DNA of 64,000 nucleotides from Candidatus Dadabacteria bacterium (GTDB lineage Bacteria; Desulfobacterota_D; UBA1144; Nemesobacterales; Nemesobacteraceae): NCBI GenBank assembly GCA_951812945.1, contig CATOTB010000001.1, positions 393,976 to 457,975 of the forward strand, read 5' to 3'. Shown piece by piece: positions 57,092 to 64,000 of this stretch (position 1 is its first letter; each line of letters starts with the position of its first letter). The notes under the pieces were generated by a model. It saw only the letters and a program-made list of their open reading frames with translations, ran no database searches and was not told where the DNA came from. The position numbers and the translations under genes were made by a program.

Positions 57092-57227
57092 ATACTAAAT
57101 TTAACTAAATTAGTATAATATTAGTATTTCTATCTCCCTTGTATTATTATATATTCAACGATTCCCGTTTTGTTTTCTTGTTAAATCCACACTAATAATT
57201 ATACTAAATTTAATTAAATTAGTATAA
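57092..57227 (+). promoter_or_regulatory. Two copies (57092-57118 and 57201-57227) of a 27-bp near-palindromic AT-rich operator-like site upstream of fic
   Basis: atactaaatttaactaaattagtataa and atactaaatttaattaaattagtataa are identical apart from one C/T. Each is an imperfect palindrome (TTATACTAAATTT-AA-TTAAATTAGTATAA), and the centres are 109 bp apart. Confidence 0.5.
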
Positions 57228-57271
57228 CTATTGAGATATGTCTTGTACTTGCTTCAAGAGAGAGGGTTAAC

Positions 57272-58603
57272 ATGAAACTTCCACTTAAGCCACCGTCGTT
57301 TGAGGAACTGTTTGCAGAGTTGATTAAAAGCGGCAAGTATGTGGAACTTTCGAAACATTTTTACGGAAACGCTCCTAAAAAATATCTGCACTGGGATCAG
57401 TTAAGGCACAGGCAGGTTCCTGAGGGACTTACCCTGAAGCAATGGTGGTCTTTCATAAAAACTCAAAGGGTTGCGGCTTCAAAAAACATTACCCTTCCGG
57501 ACAAACAGGGAAATCCTTTTAATTACAACATGACGGAATCAACATCCCAAGCGTTGCATGGAATTGATATGCAGTCCGGAGGCTCAATCCAGATAGAGGA
57601 TAAAGATATAGATCCTCATACAAGGGATCGTTACATCATCCGCTCGCTGATGGAGGAGGCCATCACGTCAAGTCAGATTGAGGGTGCATCGACAACCCGC
57701 TTAGTAGCCAAGAACCTGATACAGACAGGACGGAAGCCTAGGGATAAAAGCGAGGAGATGATTCTTAACAACTATAGAGCGATGGAGTCAATCAGAAGGT
57801 TGAAAAATGAGCCCTTGACTCAGGAACTAGTGTTCAATATCCACAAGATTATAACCAGAGGAACTCTTGATGAACTAACTGCGGCCGGGCGGTTTCGCAA
57901 GGAGTCCGAGGACATAAAGGTTTATTGGGGCGAGGAAGAGGATACCTTGGTGCATGTTCCTCCCCCCGCATCGGAGTTGCCTTGGAGGATGAAAAAGATG
58001 TGTGAATTCGCCAACGCCGAGGACGATCTGGGATTCATACATCCCGCAATCCGGTCTATTATTCTTCATTTCTGGTTAGCATATGATCACCCGTTTTTTG
58101 ACGGCAACGGCAGAACGGCCCGGGCGTTGTTTTACTGGTCTATGCTCCACCATGGGTATTGGCTGTTTGAGTTCATATCGATATCCGAAATAATCCTTAA
58201 GGGCAGAGCGCAATACGTTAAGGCGTTTTTATATACGGAAACCGATGGAAACGACCTCAATTATTTTATCCTCTACCATCTCAATGTGATACGAAGAGCC
58301 ATAGTCGCTCTGCACGATTACATAGCTAGAAGAACCGGTGAATTAAGAGAACTTGAATCGCAGGTTAAATCTCTGGCTTCGCTCAACCACAGGCAGAGAG
58401 GTCTGATCGGTAGTGCTCTTAGGCATCCGAACCGCGACTATACGATTAAAGGTCATCAAACGGTCCATAGTGTCGTGTATCAGACGGCCCGAACGGATCT
58501 GTTTGAACTGGTGGAACTGGGTCTTTTTGAGAAACGGAGGCGTAGAAGATCATGGGTTTTTGAGCCGGTGTCCGGCCTCGAAGAAGCACTCGGGAAACTC
58601 TGA
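57272..58603 (+). CDS. fic: Fic family protein (class II: N-terminal inhibitory helix, Fic core, C-terminal winged-helix-like domain)
   Basis: Fic motif HPFFDGNGRTARAL; inhibitory motif SSQIEG ([S/T]xxxE[G/N]); 443 aa. Confidence 0.85.
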   Translation: MKLPLKPPSFEELFAELIKSGKYVELSKHFYGNAPKKYLHWDQLRHRQVPEGLTLKQWWSFIKTQRVAASKNITLPDKQGNPFNYNMTESTSQALHGIDMQSGGSIQIEDKDIDPHTRDRYIIRSLMEEAITSSQIEGASTTRLVAKNLIQTGRKPRDKSEEMILNNYRAMESIRRLKNEPLTQELVFNIHKIITRGTLDELTAAGRFRKESEDIKVYWGEEEDTLVHVPPPASELPWRMKKMCEFANAEDDLGFIHPAIRSIILHFWLAYDHPFFDGNGRTARALFYWSMLHHGYWLFEFISISEIILKGRAQYVKAFLYTETDGNDLNYFILYHLNVIRRAIVALHDYIARRTGELRELESQVKSLASLNHRQRGLIGSALRHPNRDYTIKGHQTVHSVVYQTARTDLFELVELGLFEKRRRRRSWVFEPVSGLEEALGKL

Positions 58604-58783
58604 CCGGTTCCGTTTTTTTAAACAATTCGTAAACCGGTGTTTGTTGCCTGGAGTGCCCCGGTATTTTATCGACTTATCCGACATCTATCAGCGACGGGGA
58701 ACTGCCCTTGGGTCTTGAAAAACACTCCGCAGGCATATAGGATAGAAGTTCTGTAAAAATTTTGGTGCAAGGAGAAGTTAGAA

Positions 58784-59443
58784 ATGAAAATCTCACTTTT
58801 GGGTGGAACGGGAGACATAGCGGAAGGTCTGGTTTTGCGGTGGTCAAGAGCTGGGCATGAAATCTACATAGGTTCTAGAAGCGAGGAAAAAGCGCTCGGC
58901 ATAGCTGCGGGTCACGCGGAAACACTTGAGGGACTCGGAATCGAATCGAACATACACGGCATGGCGAACGCGGACGCAGCGGCGGCTTCCGAGATAATAA
59001 TAATAAGCATTCCGCCCGAGTACGCGGCGGCTACGGTAGCCGGGTGCGGAGACAGCATCACGGATCAGATAGTAGTAACCCCTGTGGTCTCGATGAAAAG
59101 GGAAGGCAAGACTTTTCTGTTTGACCCTCCCGCTCAGGGTTCTTCGGCTCTTGAGATAAAGGATGCGCTTCCCGAGACGGCGAGGCTAGTGTCCGCTTAT
59201 CACAACCTTCCCGCAAATGAGCTTGCCAAAATAGACGAGGATCTTGATTACGACGTGGTCATATGCGGGGATGACGAGGGAGCGAAAGAGGTGGTCAAGA
59301 ATCTTACCGAGGAAATGAAGAACCTCAGGGTACTTGACGCGGGTTCGCTTGAAGTCTCCTCGATGATAGAGTCGCTTACGCCCCTTATCGTTAACCTTAA
59401 CGTAAGGTATAAGCCTTCGCATTTTTCGGTCAAGTTCGTCTGA
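58784..59443 (+). CDS. NADPH-dependent F420 reductase family protein (Fno/NpdG-like)
   Basis: MKISLLGGTGDIAEGLVLRWSRAGHEIYIGSR; 219 aa. Confidence 0.65.
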   Translation: MKISLLGGTGDIAEGLVLRWSRAGHEIYIGSRSEEKALGIAAGHAETLEGLGIESNIHGMANADAAAASEIIIISIPPEYAAATVAGCGDSITDQIVVTPVVSMKREGKTFLFDPPAQGSSALEIKDALPETARLVSAYHNLPANELAKIDEDLDYDVVICGDDEGAKEVVKNLTEEMKNLRVLDAGSLEVSSMIESLTPLIVNLNVRYKPSHFSVKFV

Positions 59444-59450
59444 GGCCCGG

Positions 59451-59870
59451 TCATTCTCCGATAATCTGGACTATTACCCTTCTCGTTCGGGGGCGGTTAT
59501 CGAAATCAACGAGCACTATCTGCTGCCAAGTTCCGAGAAGCAGACCGCTCTCTGAGAACGGAACCGTAAGCGAGGGGCCGAGCACCGAGGCCCTTACGTG
59601 TGAGTGTCCGTTTCCGTCGCCCCATCTGGCGTTGTGCGCGTAGGGCATGCCTTCCGGCGCCATTCTTTCAAACGCGTCTTTTAGGTCGGAGAGCACCCCG
59701 CTTTCGTACTCTATAGTTGTGACTGCACAGGTTGAGCCGGCGACAAAGACCGTGGCCGTGCCCGAAGATAGTTCCGCCTTGGAAAGCTCACGGCTCACGT
59801 GAGTAGTTATATCCAGTATATCGCAGTCCCCTTGGGTGCTTATCGTGAATGATTTTGTTTCAACCGGCAT
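59451..59870 (-). CDS. yjbQ: YjbQ/UPF0047 family secondary thiamine-phosphate synthase-like protein
   Basis: ITTHV...ATVFV.GST.AVTT.E.E......D.....MAPEG..Y.HN.R.GDGNGHSH. Confidence 0.75.
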   Translation of the reverse strand: MPVETKSFTISTQGDCDILDITTHVSRELSKAELSSGTATVFVAGSTCAVTTIEYESGVLSDLKDAFERMAPEGMPYAHNARWGDGNGHSHVRASVLGPSLTVPFSESGLLLGTWQQIVLVDFDNRPRTRRVIVQIIGE

Positions 59871-59877
59871 TTTGTCC

Positions 59878-60852
59878 TCAGAAAAGCGCTAGTTGGCGCG
59901 GTTTTTTAAACGCCGTTATGTTCCACCCATCCTTCTTGAGTCCCTCCGTGAAGCTGTCGCCGAAGTTTCCCCTTATGATCACGTTCTCGGGCCTTGAAAC
60001 GCCGAGATACTCAGAGATCTCGTCGTATCCGAAGTGGTTGCTTAGGGGAAACGCCACCTCGGCCCGCAGAGCCGATCTAATAAACGTTCCGTTTTCCATG
60101 GAGCGGCCGCTTATCACCGCGACCTTCTTTCTTTTTAGGTTCTCGACGACCGTAGAGTCCCTGTAGGAAGGAGGGGCTATCAGGACGTTGTTTTTAAAAT
60201 GCTTTCTTTTTATTCCTCCGTATGGGGGAATCCTCACCCCGAGTTCCTCATAGAGCCTGAGCGTCTTGGCCATCACGGGGTGAAGGCTCAGCTCAATGTC
60301 CCTTTCCCCGAGAAAAATTATCAGGTCCTGCGCTTTCCCCATGGGGTTTACCAGGATTACCGGTATGCTGTCTTCAAACAGCGTCCTGTTTACGAATTCA
60401 AATATGGATTCCATTACTATTTCAGGCGGCGGGAAAATGAACTTCGGCGCTCCGTAAGCGCAGTCAACGACCAGCGTGTCGCATCTTCTGAGTTCTGCGT
60501 AACCGGCAGTAGCGGTATTTTTAAGCTTGAAGCCGCCCGCGTAAACGATCCTCTTTCCGTCTTTTTCAACGACTACCTGCGCCGCCCCGAGCATCTGTCC
60601 CGAGGGGATAAGCTCAATCGAGTAGCTGCCCAGGGTGAAAGGTTTTCCGTAAGGGGAAGAGAGAACAGCCGAGCCTTTAATTTTTTTCCCCAGAAGTTTT
60701 ATCGTTTCGGGCGTGGCTATGATTTTTTCGCTTCGGGGGAGCTTGTTTAGGTTTGCGCTTGAAACAAAAGAAAGCGGCACGGCCCGCTTCGAGTCAAAGT
60801 ATATATCGGTACCGGAAAGCTTTATTTCAGAGCTAGAACTGATCTCCAGCAT
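59878..60852 (-). CDS. Beta-CASP/MBL-fold protein with degenerate metal-binding motifs (predicted catalytically inactive)
   Basis: Beta-CASP motif A (LVVDCAYG) and motif C (FPLSNHFGYDEISEYL) are present. The HxHxDH position reads FVSSAN, the motif-3 His is Gln (SGQMLGAA), and the motif-4 Asp is Gly (YAGGF). Confidence 0.4.
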   Translation of the reverse strand: MLEISSSSEIKLSGTDIYFDSKRAVPLSFVSSANLNKLPRSEKIIATPETIKLLGKKIKGSAVLSSPYGKPFTLGSYSIELIPSGQMLGAAQVVVEKDGKRIVYAGGFKLKNTATAGYAELRRCDTLVVDCAYGAPKFIFPPPEIVMESIFEFVNRTLFEDSIPVILVNPMGKAQDLIIFLGERDIELSLHPVMAKTLRLYEELGVRIPPYGGIKRKHFKNNVLIAPPSYRDSTVVENLKRKKVAVISGRSMENGTFIRSALRAEVAFPLSNHFGYDEISEYLGVSRPENVIIRGNFGDSFTEGLKKDGWNITAFKKPRQLALF

Positions 60853-61113
60853 ACGGAAGGAAATTTACTTTAGTTTTCCCTTCATAACAAGCGATTCGTC
60901 CCGGCCTCGCCGACTTCCTGAATCAATCGCTTGGCGGTGGATGATAAAATGTTCGGCTTACAGATATCTTGGGACAAAAAAAACGGCCGGAGTCGCCGGT
61001 TTCCTCTGTTGTTGCTTGTTCAAGGGGAAAGGCTTTTTGTTATGCGGAGACTTGCATGTCAAACTATGGTGCCCGCACAGTACGGGTTACACTTAATTTT
61101 GCCTTGAAAGTGC

Positions 61114-61143
61114 TTGACAGCCCTATTGTTTTCTTGTTTTAAT
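61114..61143 (+). promoter_or_regulatory. Candidate sigma70-type promoter for the Cache/MEP-repeat gene (TTGACA-N18-TTTAAT)
   Basis: TTGACA at 61114-61119 and TTTAAT at 61138-61143; a strong AAGGAGG RBS lies 7 nt before ATG 61227. Confidence 0.35.
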
Positions 61144-61226
61144 CTATTGAATAAATATGACTAATGACCCGGCGAGAGTCGGGGTTTTTTAGAGTTTAAA
61201 CTGAACAAATCAATAAGGAGGATGTA

Positions 61227-62342
61227 ATGAGAATATTAATGCGAAATACGGTCTTTAAGACTGCGGCTCTTGCGGGTCTTTTTTCATGCCTGCTGGCGCT
61301 TGTTGTTGTTTTTTCCGGTACTACGGATCTTGTGCATGCCACCCATGACGAAACACCTGCTATAACGGCGGATCAAGTAGTAACCGAAGCTGACCTTGAA
61401 CAATTTGTGAAAGAGGCGGCTGATGCCTACTACATAGACTTTATCATGAAACATGAGTGTGACTTTAGTAGTATTGAAAGTCTTGAGATTCCGGGGGTCG
61501 GTACGTTTCCAGGGACGACGATTAATGGCTTTCTTCCAAACGCTGATACAGCCACGATAAAGAACTTCATACCTGCATTTGCTGATCTGGATATAGCGGA
61601 GTATTGTCCCCTTGATCAATCTTTTTTCGAGGATGTGTTTGGCAGGGTAGACGGAAATTGGAAGTCGGGTTCCATATATCTTTTCATTATGGATGATAAC
61701 GGAAACATGCTTTATCATGGGGTTGATCCAAATGCTGAGGGGGAGCGTGTGGTTGCCATGGACGGGGGCAAAAGGAATGTCAGGGAGTTAATCCTTGATG
61801 AGGCGGACACTCCCATGAACGACGGCATTGTTAAGTATTGCTGGGATGATCCGGCTACAGGCGATGACAATATAGACGATAACGATCCTGCAACAGCCCC
61901 TGGCGACTCTTTGAAAATTAGCTACGTTGTAGACCCCTTGGTATATTTGGGAATAAACCAACCCATGGGTTCTCCGGGTGTTATCTTCGGTTCCGGCATC
62001 TATCCGGGACCAGACCCCCAATACCCGGCATGTGACGGGAATGGAATGGCCGATGGCGGGGACGGAATGGAGCCGATGGAGCCGATGGAGCCGATGGAAC
62101 CGATGGAACCGATGGAGCCGATGGAGCCGATGGAACCGATGGAGCCGATGGAACCGATGGAACCGATGGAACCGATGGATCCCGAAATGGTCACTTCCGT
62201 TAGCGGCGGAGGTTGCGCAATTGCGGCGGGAAGCGACAGCACTCCTCGGAATAATGCGTTCAATCTGCTATTGATAGTGTCCGCCCTGCTTTTTACCGTA
62301 TCGTTCGGAAACCGTGCGATGGGCAGACGGAACAGGGATTAG
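61227..62342 (+). CDS. Secreted single-Cache (sCache_2-like) domain protein with (Met-Glu-Pro)n linker and C-terminal TM + Arg-rich sorting-signal-like tail
   Basis: Signal peptide with AHA-like cleavage (LVHA). Cache core GSIYLFIMDDNGNMLYHG...GERVV..DGGKRNVRELILDEAD...DGIVKYCWDDP......KISYV....VIFGSGIY. The linker is 11x MEP plus MDP. The tail reads GGGCAIAAG...AFNLLLIVSALLFTVSF-GNRAMGRRNRD. Confidence 0.6.
   Translation: MRILMRNTVFKTAALAGLFSCLLALVVVFSGTTDLVHATHDETPAITADQVVTEADLEQFVKEAADAYYIDFIMKHECDFSSIESLEIPGVGTFPGTTINGFLPNADTATIKNFIPAFADLDIAEYCPLDQSFFEDVFGRVDGNWKSGSIYLFIMDDNGNMLYHGVDPNAEGERVVAMDGGKRNVRELILDEADTPMNDGIVKYCWDDPATGDDNIDDNDPATAPGDSLKISYVVDPLVYLGINQPMGSPGVIFGSGIYPGPDPQYPACDGNGMADGGDGMEPMEPMEPMEPMEPMEPMEPMEPMEPMEPMEPMEPMDPEMVTSVSGGGCAIAAGSDSTPRNNAFNLLLIVSALLFTVSFGNRAMGRRNRD
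62067..62174 (+). repeat. Perfect-period 9-bp tandem repeat x12 (atggagccg/atggaaccg; last unit atggatccc), encoding (MEP)11-MDP
   Basis: Units were counted directly: 62067, 62076, ... 62166. Only synonymous GAG/GAA variation occurs between units. Confidence 0.95.
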
Positions 62343-62439
62343 TTCTTAATTTTAGAGGTGTTTTTTTGACTAAGGCACCGTTGCCTTGGGAACAGTTTCT
62401 TACCTCAGGCGGATTGGTGTTTTAGCGAAGACAAGTAAA

Positions 62440-62472
62440 GGGGGAGCGTCGCTTGGCGCTCCCCCTTTTTTT
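62440..62472 (+). terminator. Rho-independent terminator (between the Cache gene and the convergent hsp20)
   Basis: gggggagcg-tcgcttgg-cgctccccc followed by ttttttt. Confidence 0.6.
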
Positions 62473-62473
62473 G

Positions 62474-62893
62474 TCAGTTCACTTCTATTTTCTTTGAAGG
62501 CTCGTCCTGCTTTCTCGGCAGGGTGAGGCGCAGGACGCCATCTTTGTAATCGGCTTTTATGTTTTCTCTGTCTATGTTGTCGTCAAGGAAAAAACTTCTC
62601 TCAAACACTCCGTAGGATCTCTCTACCCTGAGGTATCCTTCCTTTTCGGTCTTGTTCTCAAGCTTTTTTTCTCCCTTTATCGTAAGTCGGTTGTCCTTTA
62701 CGTCTATGTCGAAGTCTTCCCTGCTTACCCCGGGAAGTTCGGCTGACACGACGAAATTCCCTCCGTCATCGAAAACATCGACTTTAGGGCTCCGGCCACT
62801 CTCCGCCGCGTCGGAATCAAAAACCCCTGGAAAGGCGCTGGCGAAGTTACGGAAAACATTTCCCGGTTCCCATAGATTTACTGCGTATTTCAT
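62474..62893 (-). CDS. Hsp20/alpha-crystallin family small heat shock protein
   Basis: Alpha-crystallin domain (VDV.DDGGNFVV.AELPGV..EDFDIDV.DN.L.I.GEKK....YLR.ER.YG.F.R.F.L), a terminal IEV-like motif, and a GGAGGT RBS. Confidence 0.85.
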   Translation of the reverse strand: MKYAVNLWEPGNVFRNFASAFPGVFDSDAAESGRSPKVDVFDDGGNFVVSAELPGVSREDFDIDVKDNRLTIKGEKKLENKTEKEGYLRVERSYGVFERSFFLDDNIDRENIKADYKDGVLRLTLPRKQDEPSKKIEVN

Positions 62894-63050
62894 TGTTTTT
62901 ACCTCCGTTTAAATGAATTTTTATCCCCGTTTCCCCTTCCGCAATTCCATATTAATCATCATCCGGGGACACTCAAGGAAGAATTTTTTTATTTTCTCCG
63001 GGTTGTATTTCCCGCCAAATAATGGTTTGTTTGATTACGGGAGAACACGC

Positions 63051-64000
63051 ATGGCGAGACGACAAGGCGGATATCTGGTCTCAAAGGCTCTCTACGACCT
63101 AGGGGTAAGAGATGTCTTTACCTTGGGAGGGGGGCACATAAACCCCGTTTACAGGGCGTGCACGGATCTTGGCATAAGGCTTGTTGACACGCACCATGAG
63201 CAGGGAGCCGCAATGGCGGCGGACGCTTACGGAAGGCTCAGGAAAACCCCTGGCATATGCCTTGTGACTGCCGGCCCCGGTCTTACAAACGCCCTCACGG
63301 GAATATCGGGCTCCTACCTTGCCAACTCTCCCATGATGCTGATTTCTGGACGTTCGGGGATTGAAGAAAACGACAGAATGTCCCTTCAGGAGATAGACCA
63401 GGAAGCGATCGTAAGACCCGTTACCAAATGGGCGAGAACGGTTTACGAAGTCAGTAGGCTCGAAGAGTATGTCTCGGCCGCCTACGGGGCTGCGATTTCG
63501 GCCAAGCCAGGGCCTGCGTATCTGGGCATGTCCTACGAGGTGCTCTATCCTAGTTGCGACGAGAGGGAAGCTTCGCCCGCGAGGTTGCCCGTCCCCGATA
63601 CGGACTGCGAGCCGCCTGAGCGCAAGATATCGGAGTTTTTCCGACTGCTATCGGCCTCGAAAAAGCCCGTTGTGGTTGTCGGAAGCGGCGGGTGGTACTC
63701 GGGCGCCGAGAAAAATCTTCAGGAGTTCGCGGAAATACTCGGGGCGCCTTTTTTCACGCTTAACATGGGAAGGGGCATCCTGCCCGATAACCACAAATGT
63801 TGCTTCGGGGCGGCGTCCCCGGCAAGTCCCGGGGGGTTTCGGGAAATAAGCGCAAACACAGACCTTGTCATTCTCCTAGGCATAAGGCTGAGTATCTACG
63901 CCGGGTTCGGAAAAACCATAAACCCGGAAGCCAAGACGGTCCAAGTGGATATTAACCCGGAGGAAATAGGAAGGAACCGCCCGGCGGATCTCGGGGTCGT
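63051..64000 (+). CDS. Thiamine pyrophosphate-dependent enzyme, acetolactate synthase large-subunit family (5' partial; continues beyond the window)
   Basis: N-terminal Pyr domain: GGYLVSKALYDLGVRDVFTLGGGHINPVY...GICLVTAGPGLTNALTGI. GGGAGA RBS before ATG 63051. No stop within the window. Confidence 0.7.
   Translation, partial: MARRQGGYLVSKALYDLGVRDVFTLGGGHINPVYRACTDLGIRLVDTHHEQGAAMAADAYGRLRKTPGICLVTAGPGLTNALTGISGSYLANSPMMLISGRSGIEENDRMSLQEIDQEAIVRPVTKWARTVYEVSRLEEYVSAAYGAAISAKPGPAYLGMSYEVLYPSCDEREASPARLPVPDTDCEPPERKISEFFRLLSASKKPVVVVGSGGWYSGAEKNLQEFAEILGAPFFTLNMGRGILPDNHKCCFGAASPASPGGFREISANTDLVILLGIRLSIYAGFGKTINPEAKTVQVDINPEEIGRNRPADLGV

Noticed and set aside
62067-62174. Regular short repeat array that could be mistaken for a CRISPR
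   Set aside because: It is a perfect 9-bp unit with no spacers, it is entirely coding (MEP tripeptide), and no cas genes are present, so it is a coding microsatellite.
62894-63050. CIRCE or sigma32 heat-shock element upstream of hsp20
   Set aside because: No TTAGCACTC-N9-GAGTGCTAA inverted repeat is present. The only candidate is a weak sigma70-like TTGAGT-N16-TAATAT on the minus strand, which is too uncertain to call.

Overview
This 64 kb window is a chromosomal segment from a GC-rich (roughly 55-60% by eye) diderm bacterium. It mixes a housekeeping backbone with several accessory insertions. The gene density is typical of a bacterial chromosome. I found no rRNA, tRNA or CRISPR arrays.

Backbone genes:
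- a fused accA-accD acetyl-CoA carboxylase carboxyltransferase
- erpA/iscA, an M24 aminopeptidase, mazG, apgM
- the conserved block aroA-cmk-rpsA-sppA
- lipA, dnaB, glycerate kinase, glnD
- the nadB-nadC-nadA operon
- ggt, a bacterial ferritin, lon
- the prmC-murA-hisG operon
- the maf-yggS-proC-yggT cluster

Accessory content worth attention:
1. A giant autotransporter-like surface protein of about 1,700 aa runs from 475 to 5655. Its passenger region carries an SRCR domain, FN3 domains and three tandem cadherin plus Ig-like units, which are eukaryote-like. The reading frame is interrupted by a single in-frame TGA that falls exactly on a conserved Trp codon of the repeat unit.
2. A lower-GC island spans about 22.1-28.8 kb. 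It holds SRPBCC, two SDR oxidoreductases, a sulfotransferase and a DUF-type protein. Inside it sits an intact tnpB (RNA-guided nuclease) element bounded by 31-bp near-perfect inverted repeats.
3. A class-II Fic protein is preceded by two copies of a 27-29 bp near-palindromic, operator-like site.
4. A catalytically degenerate beta-CASP/MBL-fold protein lies at 59878..60852.
5. A secreted single-Cache (sCache_2-like) protein at 61227..62342 carries a 12-unit tandem 9-bp (Met-Glu-Pro) repeat and a C-terminal TM plus Arg-rich sorting-signal-like tail.
6. There is also a GDSL-lipase autotransporter (EstA-like), an orphan family-5 substrate-binding lipoprotein, a nitrilase neighbourhood and an orphan NuoE-like [2Fe-2S] protein.
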